DNA of 64,000 nucleotides from Rhina ancylostomus (taxonomy: Eukaryota). Positions 1 to 13,242 of the stretch are shown here, in pieces (within the stretch, counting starts at the first letter, position 1; each line of letters starts with the position of its first letter). The notes beneath the pieces were generated by a model, which was not told the DNA's origin, did not search any database, and saw only the letters and a program-made list of their open reading frames with translations. The translations under genes were made by a program, and so were the position numbers. The DNA is taken from positions 30,207,414 to 30,271,413 of the forward strand of contig JARFYF010000029.1 in the NCBI GenBank assembly GCA_030265395.1, written 5' to 3'.

Positions 1-1004
1 AAAAATTAAACATTAAATTATGACAAAAGTAGTTCACTTGGTACAACTCCAGAATTAAGAAATAGTTACTGACCAGCTGTAAGGAAGGGGTGGGGAGGGA
101 ACGGGGAGAAGCAATGAGGTAAAAAGATCTGTGAGCATCCGTAAGCCAATCCCAAACAAAAACAAATATTTTAATAAGTTAGCCAAAAAGAAGTTCACAC
201 GACTTTGATTTAAATTGGCCTTGCTTTTACCCATGGGAGCAAAATTCAAATTTTCAAAGCCCAGCATTTCTATTGATCAGAAGTCATTTAAATGATTTGT
301 ACAAGAACAGAACAAAGATACCAGTGTCAGAAAGGGGAATGTTGCTTGGAGAGCTTTTTTAAAATAATTGTGGTGATACTATTTTAATTTGTTTCTTCAG
401 CACTATATTCCAGAAACTTCCTTTGCATCATTTCTTGTGGCATTAGGAAAGGTTTCTGCAAGCAAACATTCCTTTATTCAAATAAATAATTAGCCTAATT
501 TATACAATCACACGTGAAGGTTCAAACTCAATNNNNNNNNNNNNNNNNNNNNNNNNNNNNNNNNNNNNNNNNNNNNNNNNNNNNNNNNNNNNNNNNNNNN
601 NNNNNNNNNNNNNNNNNNNNNNNNNNNNNNNNAATAAAATTGATGTAAAAAGAATCTAAGGGAGAATTATCTTTTTCAAAATCAGCCCAAAGAGATTCTA
701 ACTCTCAGAAAGCCCAGGTGAATTTGCAACAATGTTTGCAGTAACTACTTTATTGTAAATTAATTAGTTGATTATTTGCTTTATCATCAAATTGTCAAGT
801 AACAGCAAATGCCATAAAGATAGATAATTTTATTCTATTTTTCACCCTTAATCCTGCCTCCTCAATATGCACTACAGGTAGCCTGGTCACATCTAAATAA
901 AAAGGTCATTCTTCTAGTGTAAGTCTAAGGACTGAGCTATTTGATCTTAGAGGGCATCACAGGCAGACCTGATCCTACTCTCTCCAGACGTGAACATATA
1001 TATG

Positions 1005-1960
1005 TAAAACATACAAATTAAGAGCAGGAAAGGGCCACTGAGTCCCTCAAGCATGCTTCACCATTTAATAAGATTATGGCTGATCAAATTTTAACCTCAG
1101 CTCCAAGTTTCCATCTACCTGTTGTAACCATTCACTCCCTTGCTTGTCAAGTATCTGTTTGCCTCTGCCTTCAAAATTTTTGGAGTCTGTTTCCACTGCC
1201 CTTCTCACAGTCCTGTTTAAATAAATATTGCCTCATCTCCATATTAAGTAGATAAATATAAAATGATTAACTAGATTCTGTGGGATCTTAAATGTTTCAA
1301 TCAAGTCACCCTCACTATCTTTTGCTCCAGAGGATACAACCTTTTCTCATAAGGCAATCTACCCATGACAAGAATAGTCTACTAAACTTTTTCTGAACTG
1401 TTTCCAATACATGTAAAGTCATTGTTAGATAAGGACACTGTTACTGAACTTGGTACTCCAGATGTAGTCTCACTAGTGCCCTACATAACTGAAGCAAATC
1501 TGGTTACTTCTGTATTCAATTCCCTAAACAATAAACAAGGACATTCTGTTCCTAATTATTTGCTGTACCAATACACTCACCTTTTGCAAATCATGGATTG
1601 GGATACTCAGATCCCTCTGCATCTCCCAGCTCTGAAACATTTCACCATTTGGATAATATGTTATTTTTTCTACCAAGATGGACAATTTCACATTTTCCAC
1701 ATTATTCTCCATTTGACAAATTTTTGTCTGTTCATTTAACCTATATCTTTTTATACCCTCCTTATGTCCTCTTCACAATTTACTTTCCTTTTTGTGTCAT
1801 CAGCAAAATTAGCAACTGTATCTTCAGTAACTTCATCCAAGTCATTTATATAACTTGTAAAAACTTGTAAAAAGTTAAAGCACCAGCACTGATCCTGTGG
1901 TACACCACTCAATACATCTTGCCAACTATAAAAAGACTCTATTTCCTGTCAGCCAACACA
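1005..1960 (-). mobile_element. Degenerate CR1-clade LINE 3' region
   Basis: Starts with the reverse-complement CR1 tail (aacatacaaattaagagcaggaa..ggccact..gccctcaagc). Later accagcactgatcctgtggtacaccact, reverse of the SGVPQGSVLG RT motif. Confidence 0.75.
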
Positions 1961-2094
1961 TTGAATTCTGTTGCTTATAGACTGATCTCATTTTACTAGG
2001 TACACATTAGAATTAGACCTTGAAATTACTCAGGAATACCTCTTTATCCCAGGCGTTAGATGAGCTCTCCATTTGAGACTAACACTAGAATTAT

Positions 2095-2215
2095 GAGACA
2101 AAACAAAACATGCTGGAAATCTGAAATGAAAACAGAAAACGCTCAGCAGGTCTGGCAGCATCCATGCAGAGAGAAAGAGAGCTAAATTTTCATGTAAATG
2201 GCCTTCTTTCATCAA
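2095..2215 (-). mobile_element. Penelope-like terminal repeat fragment (degenerate hammerhead end)
   Basis: Shares aaaacagaaaa..ctcagcaggtc.ggcagcatc...gagagaaa with the copies at 14.1, 16.7, 23.3 and 34.2 kb; ends ..ttcatca. Confidence 0.65.
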
Positions 2216-5115
2216 TTGTTTTTTTGTTATTTTCTCTCCATTTTAGAGCTTTTCTTACCCTTTTCTTCATATAAAGTCCCCAGAACAAGCAGGATTGTTT
2301 GTAGGTTCCTAGCAAGAGAACCCTGAAAGATCTGAAAGGATGCAAGAGCAATGTAAATTCACTTCTGAATTTCCATCTCCATTGACAGAAAAGATCCTTG
2401 TCACCCTTTTCCATGGTGGCAAAGAAATTGAATTGTTTAAAAAATGTGTAGCAAATTCACATAGTTGAACAGAAGTCTCATTACACACTAGTGGAGCAGG
2501 TATTTTCTCATTCAGCATGATTGTGAACATTCTGTATCTTCAGGTTTGGGTGCATGGACATGAAGATAAGTGCTCAATGGTAGGATGTGGTAGAAGGTGT
2601 TGCCCAGACATCATCTACCCTTGTCTGTCCAAGAATTATTCCACTGCTGATGGCGTGCGTCTGGAATATTTAGCCTTACATATGCAAGAGTTGCTGAACA
2701 AGGTTCCAGTGCATCTCAACATGGCAGGACTTCACAATATACACTGCCACTTATTCTGTCCTTCACAAGCACTGGCTCAACTTTCAAATTGTGAGCAACA
2801 ATTGACAGTGAGAAAAAAAGTATTGGTTAACCAGGATAAATAGGGGAAAAGGAAACTGATCTCCATTGAGGCAGCTTTTGCTTGCCATCAACCCAGACTT
2901 TGTTGTTCTGCTTTTATAGAGAGTGTCTGAGCATTGATACAAATATTGGCAATCATAGCAAACAGTTCATGTCCTAGCGTTCACTACTGGAGGGTACAGC
3001 ATCTTGCCCAGTCATTTGCCAAACTCCATGCATTATGGAGCATGTGGCACTCAATATGTATCAGGAGGTCTCTGTTATCTGAGGTCTGGGGCCAATGGAG
3101 CCTGATCTGCAAATGTTCCAACAGCTCTTCTAGACATATTGATTTACAGAATGGTTAGGGGATCTTCTCTGGCTTTGATAGGATTATGGATCAAAGCTTA
3201 ATCATCCTTCATGCTATTAGGATTGTTAGCACACTGAGCAGAGGCCTTGAGCAACTGGGGAATAGATAGAACTGATATGAAGTTGATTTTCAACCTCAGT
3301 ACAGCTACATACCAAAACCCTCCAGCAATTTATCTCAGGTGCTACACCTGATAGAACAGACAGCAAATTGTGACTCGCACATTTTCTTCTACCACTGAGG
3401 TGACTTTTTTTAGAGTACAAACACAAGGAGCCATTTTCCTTTCTTAAGAAATTCATAATTATTACTTCCTGTCAAGTGATTGGAGGGAGCTGAGCATTTT
3501 GAATTTTCACCTTAATTTCAATCTCACCAGTGAACTGCTCACCAGCTGCACAAGTCTGGAAGGCTCGGGCACTCAGATGGTTCACAATAGACCCTCGGAG
3601 CCAACAGACATTGGGATCAGCCCACCCAGAGTATTTTTATAGGCAGCAAGAACAGTTTGAGGACTCTGCATTGTGCCATTTTGACCCTTATTGATCTATT
3701 CTCTTTCCCTTAATGAATGCACTCAAAATTATCTGCTTCACAACAACTTAACCCAGATAATTACAGGAAATAGTAACATGCCAGTTGACCTGAGTGCTCT
3801 CACCTTGTGTTTATACTCAACACCAATATTCCCCTTCTAATTATCCTTTGTTATCTTGTCCAGTCCTTCACTTCCTCCCCATGTGTCCATCGAGCTTGCC
3901 CTATGTGCAGCAATACTTTCTGCTTCAACCACTCCACAATCTCAGCAATCTTGCTGTTGGGCAATTTTTGACAGAGCTACTTGGTTAGGAAGCCGGGACA
4001 TAAGGGTTAAGTGCACTCCATCGATGTGTGACTGAAAATTGCAAACAGAGGCTTAGTGACACTGGAGGACTTAACTAAATTAAGAGATCTATTGCCTAAA
4101 ACAGGCAGATGTTCCAGCTGCCCAAGGGAAGGCTCCTATAAAACAGAGCTGGAGCTGATTAGCTTGGTGACCTAGAATATGTCAAAGGGGCCCCTGCCAT
4201 AATTTACAGAAACTGTACTATGAAAAGAGAATGATATTAAGGCTAAGCATCCAAATTTGCTCTTGGGCCTCATTTCAAATAAAGCCAATGACTGTGGATG
4301 CCTAGTAGGTTTCTTTTGCAAAATTCTTAAGTCCTTGAGGGTGGCATTGCAAAAGGCGGCATTGCACAGGCAGCCTGGCACGAGCTAATAGTGTCACTGT
4401 GGAGTCAGGGAAAGCACTTCACATAAGAGGAGATGTATCCAGACTTACCCAGGGAGTTCTGTTGGCTCCATAAAGGACTTGTTGCTCAGGCAACAGTGCA
4501 CCCCTGGTAGAAGAGGTATTCTTCATTTTCATCAAGGCATTCCATATGAGATCTCTAATTGCACTAAATTGTAGTACAAACAGAATTTCTGAGGTGTTCT
4601 AGGTAAAAGTATATTTGTGGACTGCTTGGGAAAATGTGATTAGTGATATAATAACCATATTTTGAACCCAATAGGTCAATAGTATGAAAGCTTGCAACCA
4701 GCATTGTTTTTTTTCTTTCACTGTTTCTTCAAGCTGTCCTGCTCTTGCATTGCTCAGGGACCTTTCTCCAAGACCTTTGTGACAATGCTTCTTTACAGGA
4801 CAAAGTTCTGCAGCATGCAGCGCCCTTGCTATTAAATCCTTCAAAGATTATCTAGGCTGTATTGTGATGTGGCTCTAGATCTGTTGAGGCTGTTGAAATG
4901 CTGCTTCACAATGGCAAGAATATGCTCAACAATTACTCTAGTGGGAGGAAGGCACATCATCAGTTGGTGCCTTTAGCTCCAATTCCTGGGAACTAATCTA
5001 AAGTTTGCTACATTAGTGGGATAGTGGACTACATAAAACTAAAGGCAACATGACAGCACCTGAAAACCAAGCAACAAATACTGCTTGTAACTGTGTTAAT
5101 CAGTTATATTCCTTC

Positions 5116-7018
5116 TTTATTCACGTGGATTTTTCCATTATATGAGGGAGGATGTAGGACAATATAAATATGACGTGTAGTTCTTCAGAAATTTTGCTGC
5201 ATGTAAAATTGCACAATAGGTTTCTACTTTTATAGGGAGGAGGGAATAAATCTCTACCAGAACGAACCGGTCATTGGTCACTTTCAAAAAAAATTGTGTA
5301 CATTTGTTCAGCTAACATTCCTGTTATCCCCATTCATTCATAACCTGGCACTTTTGATCTTGACAGGCCTTGGCAATGCCAAGCCTGTGAAGAGTTGACT
5401 GCAGACCAGACAATATTTCTTTTAAATTGAAGTACCTGCAAACATTGCTCTACTGACAAATGGTGTGCATGTGCCTTTGTCTTGTGTAGGGTGACTAGCA
5501 AAGACACGTAAAGGGCAATTTGTACATGAAACACATTGGGTAGCAGTGAATAAATGACAATGCTAAAATATCCAGCAAGGCACTTTTAAATAACTCAAGA
5601 ATATTTTCCAGGAATAGAATAAAAATTTGAGTAGCATTTTCTTTCTTTTCTAAGCCAAAGTGTATTGGTTATCAGGATACAGTAGACAGAAGGTTGTGGG
5701 TAGAGAGGGGACCTTCTCAAATGCTTTATTTAAATTGATCTCTCAAAATTTTGCATAAATATCTGCTCTAATTTAACAAGTATATTATCAGTTATGTAAC
5801 TCTAAGTCTCCTAATTTAAGAAATCTAGGAATGTATAGAAGAACAACTTTTTTAAATTAGCAAAACAGTGGAATGTATTTCAGCATTTTTTTTGATGGGA
5901 TGATCTAGGAAACCAAATTAGCCTCAATAATAAGCTATTACTAAGGTTTATTTTTTAGTCGCTGATCCTTCACAGTATTCCAGGAGAATCATTAAACCAC
6001 TGGATGATAAATTCTTCATGAAAATCTTCAAAACCCTCTTAAATTCCATTACAAATACTCCCATCCTCCCATATGCACATCTATTGATTAGATTTTATGT
6101 ACTCACAAGCACATGCAAAAGGTGGAGAGTTTGAAAAGGTGAAGGTTGAATCCTTCTATAAACGTCTGCCTCCTCTTGATTAGATTTCAATCCCCTCAAA
6201 TATTTTCCCAGGAATGAGTGTATGCAGGGAATCTGAGCATGCTCCACTGCTCTGACCCCTGCTTCAGGAGACTGCTTGAGATAAAGTCCTGGAAGTACTA
6301 TATACAAAATGCAGACTGTCAGCAATGGGACCAGGTATACTGAGCTGCTCTTGACATACACCAGCTGTGAACCAAATGACCCGTGGTCAGCCAGCAAGAT
6401 TCACAAACAACGCATCGGGCCTATATCAGTGTTTTTTTTTATTAGGCAATAGTATTTTTACAAACAAGTTCTGAGTAAAAGATAAGGGAGAATGTGTAAT
6501 TTACATGTCAATTTCATAAAAATAATTTTAAGGGTGGTGTAGAATACATAGGCTTCAAACATGCTGCAGCTGTCCTGATTTTCTCTGTTCAGGACATAGT
6601 GACCTGTGCTTGAACTTTTCTTTCTCTTGCCATTGCATTTCATTGTCAGGCATTCCTGGCAGTCTCCAAATTACATTATGAGGAAACTGCTAATACCTTG
6701 CTTTTCCTGACTGCCCTGTGCCATGCTATGCTGCTCTGGGAGAGTACAATGGATTTTCTATGCTACATGGTAGAACTCCCACAGTTTACAAAACCCAACC
6801 ACATTGACTTGCTCCGTTACAATCTACATCCTATGGAGAAAAAAAAATTTACAAGGATACTCTTATCCACGTTAAGTAAGTTCATTGTTTTGTGCAGAAG
6901 AGCTTTACTTGTGTGTGTTTAAATAACTTGTTACTTTATTACTTTAAATGCACAAAGATGTTTGTCGCTGGAGCACAGGCTTGTGAAGTAATAACCCCAT
7001 TCATCAGCCCTCTGTAGC
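5116..7018 (-). other. MSRB3: Putative MSRB3 3' UTR with several candidate AATAAA signals (plus tttatt at 6935-6940, 6438-6443, 5947-5952, 5725-5730, 5116-5121)
   Basis: Repeat-poor AT-rich sequence downstream of the stop. The true cleavage site cannot be determined from sequence alone. Confidence 0.35.
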
Positions 7019-7174
7019 CTAAAGTTCAGTCTTGCCAGATGGGGTAGGATTGTTGCCTTCATCAGTTGAGCTCTGGCCCGTGGGTATAAAGGATAATGAG
7101 GCAGAGTTTATACAATACCGTTTACCAGTTGGACGGGGCCCATCATCAAAGACATGTCCCAGATGTGCACCACA
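7019..7174 (-). CDS. MSRB3: MSRB3 terminal coding exon: [51 protein letters not shown]
   Basis: Acceptor CAG (plus ctg 7175-7177). HLGHVFxDGP and catalytic RYCINS motifs; TAG stop at 7019-7021; C-terminal KTEL (KDEL-like), diagnostic of MsrB3 versus MsrB2. Confidence 0.97.
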   Translation of the reverse strand, partial: CGAHLGHVFDDGPRPTGKRYCINSASLSFIPTGQSSTDEGNNPTPSGKTEL

Positions 7175-8149
7175 CTGAAATAAAATAGCAAAAGTAATTG
7201 CTTTCTTGTAACAAAATGGATATTTTAGATTGCTGTTATAGTCTACATCATTCATCACAAGGCAGTAAACTCTAGATAACATCTAAATATTCCTTCAGAT
7301 CTAACCTTTCACCCTTTAATAGCAGCTATTTACTGTGGTTAAAAAGTACTCTTCCAGCAACTTGATAAAGTGATGCAGATTCAGAAATATTAATTATGCT
7401 TCATTAAATCAACCAGGCTGCAATTAACTTTAGGAAAAGATTTCAAAAAGAATTATTATTTTATACCTGAGATTATGAACTAATTCTACAGGAATATTGT
7501 GAATAAAAATCACCTTTGAAACAATCAAATGCATTTCTCAGTAGACACCGGAAACAATAAAAGTCACCTTTCTAAAGACTTCTGCTTTTGTACACACATG
7601 GAGGTCTGTCAAACCATCACATGCATACTGCATGCTACATGCTGAGATCAGACTGTGTATTGCTGATAGACAATGACACTGTGTTGTTAAAACTTCTTTA
7701 TGCCACTGTGGCCCTGTCAGTTGTTGGACCATCAGCTGCTCGCCAGGTTAAATCCTCCTTTTGCTGCCATGGACACAAAGATCCTACTATTCCCTAGAGT
7801 TACTTGCCAGTTTTAACATTCTGGTCTTTGATTCTAATAAATATTTGAAATCAAATGTTACATTTCCTAGACATTTTCAATCAAGCCTAGTTATTGGATC
7901 CATTTATATTAAATATATACATTACATAAATCAAACTTTTGCATTTTTAATATAATTTATTGGAGAATTGGAGGTATGAGCATAAAGACTTTTACATTCC
8001 TTTGTGAGTGAAGCATGAATTTGTTCTTTGTATCAGTTTTCTCCAACAGTATCTCCTCTCAGTCCTGTAATATTGAACCCTTGCTGGGGTACAAATCCAT
8101 AAGTGCCAAGTTCACCACATGGACACTGCAGATAGTAATTGCAAACCTT

Positions 8150-8400
8150 TAAAAAAAAGGTTCTGTGGCTAATGTGACAATACAACCCAGCTGAATCCCA
8201 TTCTCACAGGTGTATTGTGAGCATGGATTGTTGGACATCAGGAATTTATTTTTTAAAAAAAAACTTCCTTAAACCAGAGGTATTAAGGCCAAATCTGATT
8301 TCCCTTCCCACCAACTTCACTGAAATCAACTGAGCATAAATCAGAAATCTGTGATTTTTCTTATTTTCTATGATTCTATGGATAAACTCTGAGAATAATT
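8150..8400 (-). mobile_element. Old tRNA-SINE-like family copy (related copies ~10985-11210 -, 22423-22640 +, 25755-25970 -, 43690-43950 +)
   Basis: Loose mutual similarity between copies (gctga..tcagc core; caattag.ctcag..ct..g; ggaattgaa.ct.gg B-box-like reverse). Highly diverged, family name not assigned. Confidence 0.4.
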
Positions 8401-8635
8401 CAGATATGCTTTAGCATTTCGATCTACTGACTGGCATAAATTATGGTTGGTATACTGGAGCAAATGTACATATTATAATACTTGATTTCCATATACTGTT
8501 AGCAAAACAGTAATCAATGCTAATTTCCCTAGAAATTAGCGTAACGGAAAATGGTATAAAAGTAAAATAGTTTCTGAGTAATAATATTCAATAGCAGTAC
8601 AAATGTAATACCAGTGACAGTATTAATAAACTTAC

Positions 8636-8733
8636 ATAGCTGCAGCTTGCTTCAACCCTGTGCATACCATGGGAAAAGTCATCGGCCAGTGTTATTGCAT
8701 TAGAATCCAGTAGATCATAGAAAGATGGCCAAC
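8636..8733 (-). CDS. MSRB3: MSRB3 coding exon (98 nt): (G)[32 protein letters not shown]
   Basis: Acceptor CAG (plus ctg 8734-8736), donor GTAAGT (plus acttac 8630-8635). GWPSF and GM.R.E..C motifs of MsrB. Confidence 0.96.
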
Positions 8734-9179
8734 CTGTGTGATAATAAATGAATCATTAATAGCTTGATTTTACTAAAATTCTGGTAGAGGTCTGCATTCC
8801 CAGAATAACATCTGTTGCAATGGCTTAGTAGTNNNNNNNNNNNNNNNNNNNNNNNNNNNNNNNNNNNNNNNNNNNNNNNNNNNNNNNNNNNNNNNNNNNN
8901 NNNNNNNNNNNNNNNNNNNNNNNNNNNNNNNNGTAGTTAAGTCTGTTAATGATAATAATGAAAGTCACCTGTGATTTCATTCCAAAAATACTGATAGAAA
9001 CAATGGACAGTACCCAAGCTATTTTTAAATAACATATGAGATGGTTTTATAGATCAGTTATTGGGGGGAATCAGCAAGGGAATAAAGTATTTTAGATTCA
9101 ATAGTGTGCAATAAGGTTAATTAATAATCCCTTCAAGGAAGAGTGATCATAATATATTTAATATTAAGTTTGAAAGTGA

Positions 9180-10565
9180 TTTAGTTCAAAATGAAAACAG
9201 GGCAAAGAGTCCAAACAAAGCAAATTACAAATGTATGAAGCATGAGTTGGCTGTGGTAGTGTGGGAAATTACATGAAAAAGTGTGACAGCAGATAAGCAA
9301 TAGCTAACATTTAAAAAAAAATACACTGTTTCCTTGACACAAAAACATGAAAAGTGGTCCAACTATGCCTAACAAAGAATTAAATCAAAGAAAAAAAGAT
9401 TATAGGATTGCCAAATACATCACAAGGCTTGAAGATTGGGTGAATTTCAGAATTCAGCAAAGGAGAATCCAGAAATTAACAAGTATAGAATATGTACTGT
9501 ATATGAAGGTAATCTAGCGAGTAATACAAAAGTACATTGTAAATGTTTCTACAGATATGTAAAAAGGAAACGATGAGCAAAGATTAATCTGGATCCCTTA
9601 TATACTGGAATGGGAGAAATTAAATGGGAGAATATAGAAATGGCAGAGAAATTAAAAGTATTTTGCAGAAAAAAAAAACCAAAAAAAAAATCATTAAAAA
9701 ATTGGAGAGAATTTAAAGAAATGAGCATTATTTGGAGAAATTAATGGGACTAAAAGCCAACAAATCCCCAAGACCTGATGATACATATCCCAAGGTTTTG
9801 AAAAAGGTGTTTACGGAAATAGTGGATCATTTTCCAATGTTCAATAGATTCTCCAACTGACTGGAATGAAAACAGGGATGTAGAGATAAATTAGTTCGAT
9901 ATCAGTAATAAGGAAAATATTCATATCCATTAATGAGTGGTAACAGGGCAATTAAAAAATAATAAGATGATTGGGCAGAAATAACATGGACTTACAAACA
10001 GAAAAACATGTTTGACAAATCTGTTTCTGAGTTTGTAACTAGCAGAATAGGTGAGGGGGAACCAGTGGATGTATTGTACTTGGGAGTTTCAGAAAGCCTT
10101 CAATGAAATGCCACCCAAGAGGATATTGAAGAAAATAAGGGCACTTGGGTTCAGTAATAACCTACTGGCATGATTGAGATTGATTAATGTTTAGAAAACA
10201 GTGAATAGAAATAAACAGGTATTTTCGGGTTAGGAAGCTGTGTAACAAGCAGGGTGCCACAGGGATTGACCTTGGTGTCCCAGCTGACATTGTAAAACTG
10301 TATGGCAGCATAAGGATGATGCAGAGAGGCTTCAAGTGCATACAGATAGACTAAGTGAATGGGCAAGAACAACATTGATGGAAAATAATGTGAAAAAACA
10401 TGAACTTGTCCACTTCAATAGAAAAATAGAATAGCATTTTTCTTTAATGATAGAGACTGAAAAGTGTCAGAAGAATTTGACATGCAGCCAAATAAGGTCA
10501 GTGTACCATTTACTTTCCTAATTCCTTAACTGCAAGAGGATTCAAGTACAAGGGAAAAGATTCCT
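9180..10565 (+). mobile_element. Degenerate CR1 LINE ORF2 (RT domain) fragment
   Basis: Recognisable decayed motifs NKSP.PD..YP.VLK (9760-9805), HG....K.CLTNL (9985-10025), VDVLYL.FQKAF..P (10065-10115), VTS.VPQG (10240-10265); many stops and frameshifts. Confidence 0.85.
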
Positions 10566-12574
10566 TGACTGCCCCAACCACCTGTGCCAGTGTCAGAGCC
10601 AAATCTTGGTTTGGGCATCATTTAAGCAGATACTTGCTCATGTGTTGTGAGAGGGTGGGATATCAGCAGGCTGGGTGTTGAGGAGTCTTCCAACAGGAAA
10701 CTGGTACAACAGAAGAGGTGTCCCAGAACTCTAATCTGCAAATTTAAGCAGCCTTATGTGTGTTTCAGCAAAAGTGGGTTATTCACCCATTAACAGACCT
10801 GGATAAATGTTGGGGGGATTCAAGGGGAAGTGGAAGTGACCTCCCTGATCTGTTCATTTTCTCAATTGAAAAACAGATGGCATAAGTTAAATTTCTCCAC
10901 ATTTTTTTGAGTCATGCTCAGTTCTGGTTTGCCTTCACATCACTCGTGGTGATAGCTAATCTGTCAGCTGAAACAACGAATGAATACTTAACTGTAGCTG
11001 GCATCCCAGCCAAGCCAGATACTGTCCCTATCTGATATCCACACAAAGAGTGTCTTTCCAGCAAGGGTCAGTGTCTGGCAATCAGGAGGGAACTAAGGCT
11101 AAGTAACTCACTGTACATCTGCCTGCAAACATCTGAATTTAGCACAAACTGCGAACTGAATCTTGGACCTTCTCATTTGTATAGCTTAGCACTAGCAAGT
11201 AATTAGAGATGTTCTGCACCAATGTTCTGTGTTAACTGTCTGTTATTTTGAATAAAACACTGGAGATAGGCTTTGTGAACATTTCAATAGGCAAGAGTAC
11301 TCTGACTTATCAAATGAACAAATTGCTTTCCAACAAACCTATTTGTGACACCAGTTCAGTTCCTAAGTATGCATATATAATGGATTCTCCATCTTCACAC
11401 CCTGTCAGATGGGTGTCCAATGTCCAGACAGATTGAAACTTTAGTTACTGTGAAAGGCATTACTGGCCATATGGATGTGTACTGAGCAGGACCAGATAAT
11501 GCTCATATTATCTAAGACCACATCCACCAAATATTCCAACAAAAGCTGCCGTTCTGGGTTAAATGTTAGGAATTATCCAAAGAACCAACATCAAGCTGGG
11601 AAGTTCAGAAAACACCTCTCACTATTAATACAAAACTCATGATGTCATCAGGTTGTGATGTGGAGACAAGTGGTTGGGAGGGAGGGGCAAACTGTAGAGG
11701 CAAACTTCTATCTGATTGATCTGTATACAAGTTCTGAGGAACTAGTCACATTATAGGTGGGCTTGAAATCACTGAAGTGAATTTTACTCCTCAGGGTACA
11801 ATATAGCCAGCTAACCTGATATTATATTTTTGCTTCACACTATTCCATGAATACTAGTAAAATAATATTCTTAGAAAAATTAGAAATTTCATGGGGTATT
11901 AAAATTTCTAAAATTATTTAGAGTGCTAGTCCAATTTTAATCTGTGAATTAAATGATAGACTTCCAACCACAATGCAACAAGGAGAATTTTTAAGTGATT
12001 TTGTCCACGCTTCAAATAATTAACGTGGATAGTGAAAATGATGACAGAATAAACAACTTGTTAAAGGTGATGTCTCCAGTGAAGGTTGTCTCTGCAATGC
12101 TAAAGTAGCAAAGTTGTTTAAAATTAACAATCATTCCTAGTCTTTCGCAGAGTTTTTATAAACAATGAATGCAATTTGATTGTAATTTTTTTTAACTGCT
12201 CATTCTTGCAATTTGAGACTGTCATCTTTGAAAAGAACACATGCCCGATCTGGCTCTTTCCCAATCTGCCCAGGGCTGTAGATGCTCCCTTTTAATCTTC
12301 TTAAATATCATATTTTGGTAACTCTTCCAGTCGTCAGGCTACTGCAGAACGCAGGTTTTAAAGTTCTGAATATTTTGCAGTAATCTTTTCAAGTGATGAC
12401 AACATGCAGTGCAGCAGGACGTTAAGGTTAACAAATAAAATTTTAGTATAAGCTTTTCCAAGAAGGATAAAATGGTAGAGCACAGCAGACGGATTGCATG
12501 TGGCTCCCTGCATTTGTAACAGAGGAATCCCTTTGACCCAAGTCACTGCTATTTCCCTTTGCCATGGAAGCTTT

Positions 12575-12930
12575 CCCTTTTCAAGGATCTGCCTGGCCCA
12601 GTTTGGAAGTCATGACTGAATTTGCTTCTGCCATTCCTTTAGGCACTGCATTCCAGATCACAACAACACGCTACTTAAAATTGTTTGTCCTCCTTTTGTA
12701 TCTGGTTCTATTACCTATCAACTTAAATTGTATTCTTTGCTTACTGACCTTTCCAACAGTGGAAACAATTTCTCCAACATGAAATTGAAATCCTTGAAGA
12801 ATTTTGAACACTTTTATCAAACCTATTCTCAACCTTCTGTGTTTGGGAAGAACAATTCCAGATTCTTTTGTCTCTCCACATAACCAAAATCCTTCGTCTC
12901 TTGGAACCATTTTAGTCCCTCTGCACCCAC
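12575..12930 (-). mobile_element. CR1 LINE 3' fragment
   Basis: Minus ORF 12671-12910 (RRLRIGLIKVFKILQGF...FKLIGNRTRYKRRTNNF) resembles the CR1 C-terminus RRLRGDLIEVFKI.KG...R.NFF. A similar piece lies at ~13715-13790. Confidence 0.75.
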
Positions 12931-12967
12931 TCTTAACTGGTTAAGATTACCCCACAAGTTGCTTTAT

Positions 12968-13242
12968 AAGATAAGGTAAGGTAAGATATCTTTTTTAGTC
13001 ACATGTACATCAAAACACACAGTGAAATGCGTTTTTACACAGAATGTGCTGGGGCAGCCCGCAAGTGTTGCCACACTTCCAGTGCTAACATGGCATGCCC
13101 ACAACTTCCTAATCTGTACATCTTTGGAAATGTGGGAGGAAACCAGAGCACCTGGGGTGAACGTACAAACTCCTTACAGACAGCGGCCAGAATTGAACTC
13201 GGGTCGCTGGTGCTGTAATAGCATTACACTAACCACTACAAT
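12968..13242 (-). mobile_element. tRNA-derived V-SINE-like element
   Basis: Minus strand shows A-box TAGTGGTTAG, B-box GAGTTCAATTC, V-domain-like GGTTTCCTCCCACATTTCCAAAGATGT, and a tail ending in short CTTAC repeats. Confidence 0.85.

Noticed and set aside
2640-3260. Possible additional Harbinger relic
   Set aside because: Similarity too faint to support without a profile search.
6000-7174. Possible selenoprotein MsrB1 / SECIS element
   Set aside because: The catalytic codon is TGT, there is no in-frame TGA, and exon structure and KTEL match MsrB3.
7175-7282. N-terminal part of ORF 7019..7282 (MLSRVYCL...ILFQ)
   Set aside because: Intronic read-through; MsrB homology starts exactly at the AG acceptor (7175-7176).
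13170-13242. tRNA-like A and B boxes
   Set aside because: Head of a SINE, continuous with the V-domain-like body and tail; not a tRNA gene.
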